In this document: piece by piece, positions 10,688 through 18,175 of the stretch | How positions within the stretch are numbered: the first letter of the stretch is position 1 | Layout of the letters: each line of letters starts with the position of its first letter | Origin: Flavobacteriales bacterium | GTDB taxonomy: Bacteria > Bacteroidota > Bacteroidia > UBA10329 | Assembly (NCBI GenBank): GCA_018402015.1 | Contig: JAGYJL010000021.1 | Span: 1-32,000, forward strand | Direction: 5' to 3' | Length of the DNA stretch: 32,000 bases | Position numbers and translations under genes: made by a program | Notes under the pieces: generated by a model | What the model saw: only the letters and a program-made list of their open reading frames with translations | Databases searched by the model: none | What the model was told of the DNA's origin: nothing

Positions 10688-10756
10688 CTTGTAAATTTCG
10701 AATGAAGATACGCGTGGAGGATAAGACCGAACGGAGTCTGGCCGACACTTACCTAT

Positions 10757-11362
10757 TTAACCATTGACCGCCACGACTTCAGAAATTTCGCCTGGCAAAC
10801 GGTTTTTAAGAAGTGTTTCGATACCGTTCTTTAACGTTACTGTGGACGATGGGCAACCACTGCAGGCACCACGAAGCACTACGTTTACCACGCCATTCTC
10901 GTATCCTTTAAAGGTGATATTACCACCATCTTGAGCCACAGCTGGTGCAATTTCAGCATCTAGAATGGCTATGATCTTTTCTTCCAATTCCGATTGTGCT
11001 TCGGCATGTACCGTTGTGGTAGCAAGTTGCTCTTTGGTCTGCACTACAGTCGGGTCGAACTCGGTAATGATGGCTCCTCCAGAGTTGAGGTAATCGCGAA
11101 TGAATTCACGCAATTCAATGACCACGTCTTCCCACGAGATCATATCCGACTTCATCACTGTGATGAAATTATACTGAATGAAAACCCCAGTTACGAACGG
11201 AAACCCGAATAACTTCATAGCAAGCGGGCTTCCCTTGGCTTCGTCCATGCTGGTATATTCTGCCAAACCATCTTCCAAGAGAACTCGGTTGGCCACAAAC
11301 TTCATTGTGGTAGGATTGGGCGTACTTTCTGCGTAAATGGTATATGGGATGGTTTTTTCCAT
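10757..11362 (-). CDS. NifU/Nfu-type Fe-S cluster assembly protein
   Basis: 201 aa. Nfu_N-like N-terminus (ESTPNPTTMKF) and a NifU C-terminal domain with GACSGCPSS. Confidence 0.9.
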   Translation of the reverse strand: MEKTIPYTIYAESTPNPTTMKFVANRVLLEDGLAEYTSMDEAKGSPLAMKLFGFPFVTGVFIQYNFITVMKSDMISWEDVVIELREFIRDYLNSGGAIITEFDPTVVQTKEQLATTTVHAEAQSELEEKIIAILDAEIAPAVAQDGGNITFKGYENGVVNVVLRGACSGCPSSTVTLKNGIETLLKNRLPGEISEVVAVNG

Positions 11363-11367
11363 GATGT

Positions 11368-14300
11368 TTATTCTATGATGATTTTGCGCTGCAACACGCC
11401 TTTATCGGTAGCAATTCTGAGCAGATACACTCCTTTGACGTAAGAGGTCATGTCAAACTCCTTTCTCCAATAGCTACGCTGCTGCAAACTATTCTGGTAA
11501 ACCCGCTGACCCAGAACATTGTTCAGTTCGATCTGCAGATCGGTTGCTTCGTTCAGATCCAACTCAACGGTAAACATTCCAGTATTCGGATTGGGATACA
11601 CTGTGAAACCATCTTCAGATAATATCTCTCCGACACCAACTCCGAATTCCACCACCACGATGCTTTGGCTTGTAGTGGTGGTGCAATTGTAATTGATGGC
11701 TGTTAATGTGATGGTATAAGTACCCGGATCAGTGTATACGTGAATTGGATTTACTGTTGGGTCTGACCCTGTTCCGTCTCCAAAATCCCAGATGTATTCT
11801 GTGGCGTTCGTGCTGTTGTTGGTCAGCTCTACATTACCTAAACCAGATAGGACAACTGTATTTGTGCTCATGGTAAATGCAGCGGAAAGTCCTATTTGAG
11901 GACAATCCCAATTCACATTTACATCCAAATAAGCCGTATCTGAACAAATGCCATTAGATGCGATCATGAACACTGGTCTAACGCCAACCTGAATGAAAGC
12001 GTGACTAGGGTTCTGCTGTGTGACGAGTGGCGTACCATCTCCGAAATTCCAGGTCCATCCGTTAACAGCTGGCGTGGTATTGTCTTGAAACGAAACCGTA
12101 GCTCCCAAAGTAGCATTTGGTGGGCCTGTTATACTTGCATTGACTGCAGGGAACGTATTTATCAATAACTGATCGGACGCTTGGCAGCCGTATTGGTTGG
12201 TAATGGTGACGCTGTAGATACCGCCCTGAGAGGTTTGCAGGGTTTGGTCTGCTTCTCCAGGAAGGGGGTTTCCCTCATAGAACCATTCGTAGGTTGAGCC
12301 TTGGTTCAATGCATTGAGAACCGGATAAGACTCGTTCTCGCAGACGTTAATGTCTGCTCCTAAGAAAACTGTAGGATCGCTGACAAGAACCTCAACCTCG
12401 TCTTCTCCAGTGCAGCCGTCTTCTTCTGTTACATTAACAACATAAATGCCTGGCAGATTCACTCCCAGTTCAATGCTGTTTGTTCCGATAGGGTTACCCG
12501 TTCACTGTCCAAGCATAGTTTGCATCTTCAATACCTGCGTTGCTGAAGAACGGGCAGTGGGCTTCCTTCGCACAGTGCTTCATCATCTCCACATCGACCG
12601 GTGAAATCGTGTATATCTCTACTTCAACCTCATCTGTACCCGTACATCCAGGGCCGTAACTGACCTCCACAGAATAGGTTCTGCAATGGTGGTCTCTAAA
12701 AACTGCTGAGGCAAATCCTGTTGGGAATCCGTTCAAAGACCACAGGTAAGAAGCACCATCATTTCCATTTCCGTCAAGCACAGGCAGGTCCCCAGGGAAA
12801 CAGGCCTCAGGTCTTCCAAGGTCAAATCAACTTGCTCCAATACATGAATGGTGTCGGTGGTTTTAGAGGTACCGCAGCGCCAGTAAGCGATCAACTGCAC
12901 AATGTAATCACTAAGGTAGCGAATGTTACCGTTCCAGGATTCTCATCTAGACGATGCGACGATCCTCCCTGAAACGATCCATTCGTAGGTATCTCCTTGG
13001 AAAGTGGTAGAAAGGTCTGTTGTTTCGCCTCGCAAATCGTAGTTCTGCTTGCATCGATAACGGTGATCGAAGTCTTTCACCAGAATGTTCTATAGAAGTG
13101 CTGAAACCATCCACAATAAGAGTCAGGTTTCTAGAACCCAAAGCCCTGAATACTGCACGGTATCTATCTGCGCGCCACTGTTCTGAGGCTCGCTCCGAAG
13201 CCAAATATCCAATCGATCACCCTGTTGCATTGGTCCTCAACCCGTACATTGGAATTGGTACAACCGAAATACTCCACATTGTACCTCCGGCTCAAACTGG
13301 TTGTAGATGTTGGGACGAGAACCAAGGTTCCGTCCAGTTGATAAAGACCTCTTGCTCCATCAGAACCTTTTCCTCCTTCGCCACCAAAGCCACCATCGCC
13401 TCCACGATCGCTATCTCCACCTTGCCGTTGTTGCAGCTGGCATTGGGTCCGTTATCGCCAATAACCTCCTAATACCACCTTGGCCACCTACACCACCAAT
13501 ACCACCTGGGCCTCCTTGACCGCCTTGGCCTCCAAAACCTGGCAGATACTGACAATCTTGAATAACTCCGTTTGTGCCGTTGTTATACGTGAAAATGCAA
13601 AAACACCTCCACCCACCTTCGCCACCAATTCCGCCATTTTCCACGTTACGCCCTCTCCACCGCCTCCGCCACCACCTCCGGTACCAGTTGTGTTGTAAGC
13701 AGTATCGCTGCTAAAAGGTGACGACCAGAGGTAATATTTCGAACATTCATCAGGTTTCGGCGCAGCCTTTGCTGCCACCGCCACTGCCACCGCCACCTCC
13801 GGCACCATCGGTAAGGCCTGGGTCTCCAGTAGCACGGTTGGCGCGTAGAATCCGCCAGCATAGCCAGCGTAACCTTGTACCCTTGTCCCCCGTCAACTCC
13901 TTCCAAACCATCATCTCCATCTCGCCATGGTTGAGGTTGGTTGCGGCACAGGTGTTGGTGGTATGGTAACCCCACAAAGGCCAGCGCCTGTTGTCCTCCA
14001 ACGCCAGCACCAGAACCTTGTCCGCCGCTCCATTATCGCCCGGATTGGCAAACTCGCCATCTCGGCCTCCACGTACCACGCACAGAAATTGAAGATCGGG
14101 TCGCAGATCTCTTCTATTGTAAATCCTCCCCACTCGCCTCCGTCACCGCCATTTCCGCCTGCATTGCTTCCAGCGAACGATGCAGAACCTCCAGCTCCAC
14201 CTGCTCTGCAACAAGGACCTTCGTCCTCTCCTGTCTCCCCATCCAATCCATTGGCACCGGGAATTCCAGGTGTGCCTTGCGTACCAGGAAGCCCATCCGA

Positions 14301-14813
14301 TCCATCGCCCGTAAACACAATGCATCTAGAGACGTAATAATCCTGACATCCTGCCAGATACAGCCCGTAGATACTCACGCCATTATCCGGAGCGTCATCT
14401 ACTTTGATCGTAAGGTCTTGAAATCTGAAATTCGATTGATTCTCAGCTTTTACGGCAATCAATGCCTTGTTCGCAACATCATAATTGCTCGCATCGCGAT
14501 GAAGAATGGTTGAATCTGCATTGGTCTTGTACCAAGATCCTTCTTCAAAACCACCTTCGAAAACAAGGTCTGATGGCAATTCCAAGGTCTCGGTAAGTTC
14601 GTAAACACCATGTGCCAAACGCATGTGGTTATTGGCCGCGTCCACCAAGGTGAATGCGTGCTGAAGTTCGGCCGGGTTGTTGCGCGTTCCTGTAACACCC
14701 GATGTGGCGCCAGTTGGTGATACGTAAATGATTCCACATTCTTGGCCGCGAACGGTCCACGATGCAACGATCAAAGCGATGGTAAGAATGAATCTAAAGC
14801 AGGTGTTCAACAT
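11368..14813 (-). pseudogene. large T9SS-sorted surface protein (signal peptide, beta-helix-like N-domain, collagen-like/Gly-rich region, Ig/PKD-like repeats, T9SS CTD), disrupted by many frameshifts
   Basis: The intact N-terminal 300 aa (13911-14813) has the signal peptide MLNTCFRFILTIALIVASWTVRGQ. The intact C-terminal 364 aa (11368-12462) has PKD-like repeats and the T9SS CTD (FTVYPNPNTGMFTV...GVYLLRIATDKGVLQRKIIIE). The segment between them (~12470-14090) has recognisably continuous Gly-rich and Ig-like coding, but it hops between all three frames (ORFs 14133, 13975, 13835, 13644, 13204, 12781). Confidence 0.7.
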
Positions 14814-14929
14814 GATTCGAGCAGTAGCTACAATTTTACGGAATTTCTACGGCCAATACAGATTACAGATGGACGTTTACCAAGGTGTTTCGTTTATTTA
14901 ACGCACTAACGCAAAACAGGTTGTTCTAA

Positions 14930-15451
14930 ATGGGATTGATACGCACACTGAATGGAGTAACTCCAAGTCTTGGAAAAGACTGCTTTATTGCAGAAAACGC
15001 CACACTTATTGGCCGAATAACCGCTGGCAACAATTGCAGTTTCTGGTACAACTGCGTGTTGCGTGGCGATGTGAACGACCTGATACTTGGCGACCGCGTG
15101 AACATACAGGACGGGGCCGTGGTGCACGGAACCTACGAGAAAAGTGCCACACGTATTGGCAACGATGTAACTGTGGGCCATAACGCCATTGTACACGGTT
15201 GCGAAGTACACGATAACGTGCTAATTGGTATGGGTGCCATTGTAATGGATAACGCCATTGTGCCCTCTGGAACCATTGTAGCCGCTGGTGCCGTAGTGTT
15301 GGAGAACCAAGTGTTGGAACCCAACTGCATCTATGCCGGAACGCCCGCCAAAAAGGTGAAGCAATTGGACCCCAACACCGCCCCCGAAATACTGAAAGGC
15401 ATTGCCGCCAAGTATGTGATGTACAGCGGGTGGTATGCTAGTGGGAAATAA
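14930..15451 (+). CDS. gamma-carbonic-anhydrase-family / hexapeptide-repeat (LbH) protein
   Basis: 173 aa with left-handed beta-helix hexapeptide repeats (GDRVNIQDGAVVHG, IGNDVTVGHNAIVHGC). YrdA/PaaY-like. Confidence 0.9.
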   Translation: MGLIRTLNGVTPSLGKDCFIAENATLIGRITAGNNCSFWYNCVLRGDVNDLILGDRVNIQDGAVVHGTYEKSATRIGNDVTVGHNAIVHGCEVHDNVLIGMGAIVMDNAIVPSGTIVAAGAVVLENQVLEPNCIYAGTPAKKVKQLDPNTAPEILKGIAAKYVMYSGWYASGK

Positions 15452-15456
15452 TAGTA

Positions 15457-15558
15457 GGTTTTTGTTCTCAATTCTTTCTCTCAGGTCCGCGGAAGTGCGC
15501 TAGGTGTATTTTGGGGTTTGTGGCGAAACGTGGCATCGGCATGCGTTGCGCATAGCAC
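15457..15558 (+). repeat. A/B composite repeat, copy 1 (A1 plus diverged B)
   Basis: GGTTTTTGTTCTCA..TTCTCTCAGGTCCGCGGAAGTGCGCTAGGTGTATTTTGGGGTTTGTGG, followed by a diverged B part. It lies 6 nt downstream (gene sense) of the YgiT-like stop. Confidence 0.75.
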
Positions 15559-15563
15559 GAATT

Positions 15564-15791
15564 TCAAGCCACTTTTGCGCTGATCACTTCAAGCTCGGCA
15601 TTGGAGTTCTCCGCTTTCTTCAGATTATCGAGAATGATCTGCGAGGTTTCTTCCTTGAAGAATTTTGCACCACAGTTGGTACAGACCATTGCTGGCAGGT
15701 CCTTCATAATGATCAAACGGCCATTCTTGTTGAACAGCTCTTCGGTGATTCCTTCCTTACAGGTTCCAATATGACAGATGCTACAGATCAT
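15564..15791 (-). CDS. YgiT-type zinc-finger protein (MqsA-family N-domain-only putative antitoxin)
   Basis: 75 aa with two CxxC pairs (CSIC ... CTNC). The pattern VCTNCGAKFFKEETSQ is typical of the YgiT zinc ribbon. Its ATG overlaps the upstream stop (ATGA). Confidence 0.75.
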   Translation of the reverse strand: MICSICHIGTCKEGITEELFNKNGRLIIMKDLPAMVCTNCGAKFFKEETSQIILDNLKKAENSNAELEVISAKVA

Positions 15792-16027
15792 GGCTGATGT
15801 TTTTTCGTTTCAAAATCCTCTTCCCAAATATCGGTATTCGGCAAGTATGCTGTAATGACGTGAACGGTCTGCTGATGTTGCGCGCACACCACATGAATTG
15901 CACGACCTTCAATGGTTCCGAGCATCAGTTTAGACTCCCCTTTCGGGTCTTCAGGGTATGAACGTATCACTTTTCCATTCCGGATAACTTCTTTCACATC
16001 CTGAATGGTGATGTTCTGCATCATCAC
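15788..16027 (-). CDS. DUF4258-family protein (putative toxin partner of the YgiT-like protein)
   Basis: 79 aa. The pattern ...YPEDPKGESKLMLG...GRAIHVVCA....VHVITAYLPNTDIWEEDFETKK matches the DUF4258 family, and the gene is translationally coupled to the zinc-finger gene. Confidence 0.7.
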   Translation of the reverse strand: MMMQNITIQDVKEVIRNGKVIRSYPEDPKGESKLMLGTIEGRAIHVVCAQHQQTVHVITAYLPNTDIWEEDFETKKHQP

Positions 16028-16157
16028 TCATTTCGATAAGCGCGTGTTTTGTGAAATAGAAGTAGACCGCCATTCACACAAGATAGCCGATACTTGATTG
16101 CTGCCACAGTAGGGCTCTGGATGGGGTCTAAGTGGGTGAATTGCGTTAGCCACACTT

Positions 16158-16215
16158 GTCATGCTGACAGAAGGAAGCATCTCGCATGAATAGAGATTCC
16201 TGTGCCTGGAATGAC
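16158..16215 (+). repeat. C hairpin repeat, copy 1
   Basis: GTCATGCTGACAGAAGGAAGCATCTC - 9-nt loop - GAGATTCCTGTGCCTGGAATGAC. Imperfect inverted arms. Confidence 0.8.
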
Positions 16216-16340
16216 AAAACGGTCAAGGGACTAACTCCTCTTACGGCCCTTTATTTTGCGGTCGTAGGGGGTATGATGGTCGGCTGATGAGATCGGTCGG
16301 AATTTAGCGAAGCGTCTCTCTGCCAGACAGAAAACTGACC

Positions 16341-16456
16341 GTGTTCTGTTTCACACAACTCATCCTGCAGAGGCTGAGCGAGCACTACGGAACACTTAGC
16401 GAGCAGGGTTTTGTGGCTGAACTTTGCACGGGCACGCGTTACGAAAAGCTAAACGC
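16341..16456 (+). repeat. A/B composite repeat, diverged A' plus well-conserved B
   Basis: The A part is diverged with an internal insertion. The B part (16406-16456, GGGTTTTGTGGCTGAACTTTGCACGGGCACGCGTTACGAAAAGCTAAACGC) is near-identical to 18029-18080 apart from two small indels. Confidence 0.75.
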
Positions 16457-16462
16457 CTTCTT

Positions 16463-16499
16463 GAGTATTTTTGGGTTTTGTGCTGAGGCATGGGAACGC
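16463..16499 (+). repeat. partial A-tail/B-head fragment
   Basis: GAGTATTTTTGGGTTTTGTGCTGAGGCATGGGAACGC resembles the A 3' end joined to the start of B. Confidence 0.55.
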
Positions 16500-16506
16500 T
16501 CCTTTT

Positions 16507-16565
16507 GTCACGCTGACGAAGGAAGCGTCTCTCTTGATGTGAGATTCCTCGTTCCTCGGAATGAC
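16507..16565 (+). repeat. C hairpin repeat, copy 2
   Basis: GTCACGCTGACGAAGGAAGCGTCTC - loop - GAGATTCCTCGTTCCTCGGAATGAC. The right arm is identical to copy 3; the left arm is more diverged. Confidence 0.8.
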
Positions 16566-16577
16566 AAAATTGGTGCT

Positions 16578-16631
16578 CAGGTTTTCTCTCAAGTCCGTGG
16601 AAGTGCGCTCAGTGTATAGTGGTTTTTGAGC
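16578..16631 (+). repeat. A repeat, copy 2 (short B remnant to ~16647)
   Basis: CAGGTTTTCTCTCAAGTCCGTGGAAGTGCGCTCAGTGTATAGTGGTTTTTGAGC. It lies ~10-25 nt downstream (gene sense) of the ParE-like ORF stop at 16657. Confidence 0.75.
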
Positions 16632-16656
16632 TAAGATGAACGCGTATCCCAATTGG

Positions 16657-16932
16657 TCAGGATTTCTGCTGGTATGAAAAATACCAATGACGTAAATCTA
16701 CCTGCTGCCTACTAGATAATGAATGCCGTATGAAGCGGTCTACAAAGGCAATGTGAACTTCTTTATAGCGGAGTTGGCATTCCTTGGGGTTGCGGGGAAA
16801 TCTCAAAAGAAGTCGTGCCTCAACGCATAGTTCAAACTCTGCTCCCAAATGCGGGCGCTGTTCCTCGTACCAGTCAGATGCCGCGAATAGGTCTGATTCC
16901 GAATCGGCCGAAAGAAGAACGGTGTACACCAC
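16657..16932 (-). pseudogene. RelE/ParE-family toxin, frameshifted in the C-terminal third
   Basis: The N-terminal two-thirds are intact (SESDLFAASDWYEEQRPHLGAEFELCVEA...RNPKECQLRYKEVHIAFVDRF). The expected continuation YGIHYLVGSR / IYVIGIFHTSRNP is present but in the two other frames. The true stop is uncertain. Confidence 0.7.
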
Positions 16933-17134
16933 CTATCTTCGATTCTGAAGTTTCTGTTTTCTCGTCCCAGTTGCGGTAATCGTTCTTACCTGCATTGTGC
17001 TTATCCAGTCTATGGTCGAAGGTTCCTTGCGCTGTGCATCTGTAAGCGGGACCTCCTGCTTGATGCTGTCCCAAATGCGCTCTACCAACAGGATGCTTCT
17101 GCATACTCCAAACGTTCTGTTCCTGAATGCTCAT
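16933..17134 (-). pseudogene. addiction-module antitoxin component (TIGR02574-like), multiply frameshifted
   Basis: The ATG at 17134 opens MSIQEQ. The family-typical LLVERIWDSIKQEVPLTDAQRKE is in a second frame, and LDHRLDKHNAGKNDYRNWDE is back in the first frame. A reconstructed stop TAG (16933-16935) abuts the GTG of the toxin gene. Confidence 0.6.
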
Positions 17135-17273
17135 ATGGTAAAGATAAAGAAAGAAGACAATCTGGATTCTATGAAGCCCTACATATGTAACTGGGCAAAG
17201 CCGAAGGTCATAGCTGTATGATGGTCTGTGTCCATCAAATTAAAAATCAACGAAAACTAACATGGCAGAAAAA

Positions 17274-17353
17274 CAGGTTTTGTTCTCACAGTTGTCCTCT
17301 CCAGGTCCGTGGAAGTGCGCTAGGTGTATTTCGGGTTTGGTTTGAAATCTCAC
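17274..17353 (+). repeat. A repeat, copy 3 (plus short B-head remnant)
   Basis: CAGGTTTTGTTCTCACAGTTGTCCTCTCCAGGTCCGTGGAAGTGCGCTAGGTGTATTTCGGGTTTGGTTTGAAATCTCAC. It abuts the reconstructed ParE stop at 17350-17352. Confidence 0.75.
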
Positions 17354-17636
17354 AAATGTTGCTCAAAATCACTTCTCTGATGTGCTTTTGCAACGCTAAA
17401 TTCAGTTGCTAATTTCCAGTAGAATATCACATGCAGCCATAACTGAACCGCCTGAGACCCTTGGTCAATTCTTCGGCTTCTCTGCCCAGACCTACATTAT
17501 CTGATAACAATAGAAAATGCTGCTCCATGGCCTGAACGTAACGCTTAGCCTGATCGAGGTCGAAGCGGAAGATCCCATATTCGAATATGTCCTCAAGGTC
17601 GGTGGCCGCGGCCACGGAGAGTTTATAGACGCCCAT
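17350..17636 (-). pseudogene. ParE-family toxin with a single frameshift
   Basis: 17427-17636 encodes MGVYKLSVAAATDLEDIFEYG...LGREAEELTKGLRRFSYG and then stops. The canonical C-terminus HVIFYWKLATEFSVAKAHQRSDFEQHL* follows in the -1 frame down to 17350. This is consistent with a 1-nt deletion near 17433-17440. Confidence 0.75.
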
Positions 17637-17870
17637 CTTTGCGCAGTTGCGCTTCCTTCGATTTCAGAATCCATCAGACGCAGGCGTGTACCTCGCTTGC
17701 CGTTATTCGTCAGCCTCTCGGCGCATTACAGTTTAGCGTTCTTTTCGCGGTCTTTTCTTACCAGTTCTCGAACGTATTCGCTCTCGTTGGCATACTCTCG
17801 ATGAAACCAGCGATTGCATCCAGTTGCTGAGTGTGTCGGTAAAGGTGATGGATTTACGTACTGTGGCCAT
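17623..17870 (-). pseudogene. ParD/CopG-type (RHH) antitoxin, multiply frameshifted
   Basis: The ATG at 17870 gives MATVRKSITFTDTLSNWMQSLVSS. The family-typical YANESEYVRELVRKDREKNAKL is in another frame (ORF 17726-17953). C-terminal pieces (TPASDGF, RKRNCAKDGRL*) are in other frames. The reconstructed stop at 17623-17625 would overlap the ParE ATG. Confidence 0.6.
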
Positions 17871-17984
17871 GTTTTCTCGTGTCGGATACACGAAGATACG
17901 AAAGGTGGTGCGATATGGAACCGCCCATTGTGAGTACTTTCCTTTTTACCCATGAAGATGGGTGATCGTAAGACGAGGTGAAAC

Positions 17985-18080
17985 GTTCTTTTTCTCTCTT
18001 GCTCGTGGAAGTGCGCTCAGCGTATTTTGGGTTTTGTGCTGAACTTTGCACGGGCACGCGTTACGCGAAAAGCTAAACGC
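17985..18080 (+). repeat. A/B composite repeat, copy 4 (most complete A+B unit)
   Basis: GTTCTTTTTCTCTCTTGCTCGTGGAAGTGCGCTCAGCGTATTTTGGGTTTTGTGCTGAACTTTGCACGGGCACGCGTTACGCGAAAAGCTAAACGC. Confidence 0.8.
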
Positions 18081-18115
18081 GCGCTAGCGGAGGTAACACC
18101 TAAGCTACGACCATT

Positions 18116-18175
18116 GTCATGCTGAGGAACGAAGCATCTCAGAATAGCCAGAGATTCCTCGTTCCTCGGAATGAC
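18116..18175 (+). repeat. C hairpin repeat, copy 3
   Basis: GTCATGCTGAGGAACGAAGCATCTC - AGAATAGCCA - GAGATTCCTCGTTCCTCGGAATGAC. 22 of 25 arm positions pair, including one G-U. It lies 14 nt beyond the murI stop. Confidence 0.85.

Noticed and set aside
13927-14513. Long plus-strand ORFs (136 and 190 aa; Pro/Ser-rich) opposite the adhesin gene
   Set aside because: They are the antisense reading of (GGN)n Gly codons, which gives CCN Pro runs. They have no start context or domain signature, and the minus strand has clear coding homology.
15501-15520. Near-match to the TAnnTTTG promoter box inside A repeats (GTATTTTGG)
   Set aside because: TATTTTGG fails the consensus at position 7, and there is no plus-strand gene downstream for it to drive. 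It is too weak to call.
16341-16652. ORFs 16341-16619 (+) and 16449-16652 (-) in the TA islet
   Set aside because: They read straight through the A, B and C repeat units. The same repeat positions carry stop codons in other copies (TAG versus GAG), so the repeats are noncoding.
15457-18080. Canonical integron / attC sites
   Set aside because: No intI-type integrase is in the window, and I could not find the RYYYAAC/GTTRRRY core sites or the attC-type imperfect palindrome in the A/B unit. Only the cassette-like topology is retained as a hypothesis.
15457-18175. Possible CRISPR array
   Set aside because: The repeat units are 55-100 nt, diverged from each other and irregularly spaced (237-884 nt). 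They are separated by protein-coding TA genes rather than short unique spacers, and there are no cas genes.
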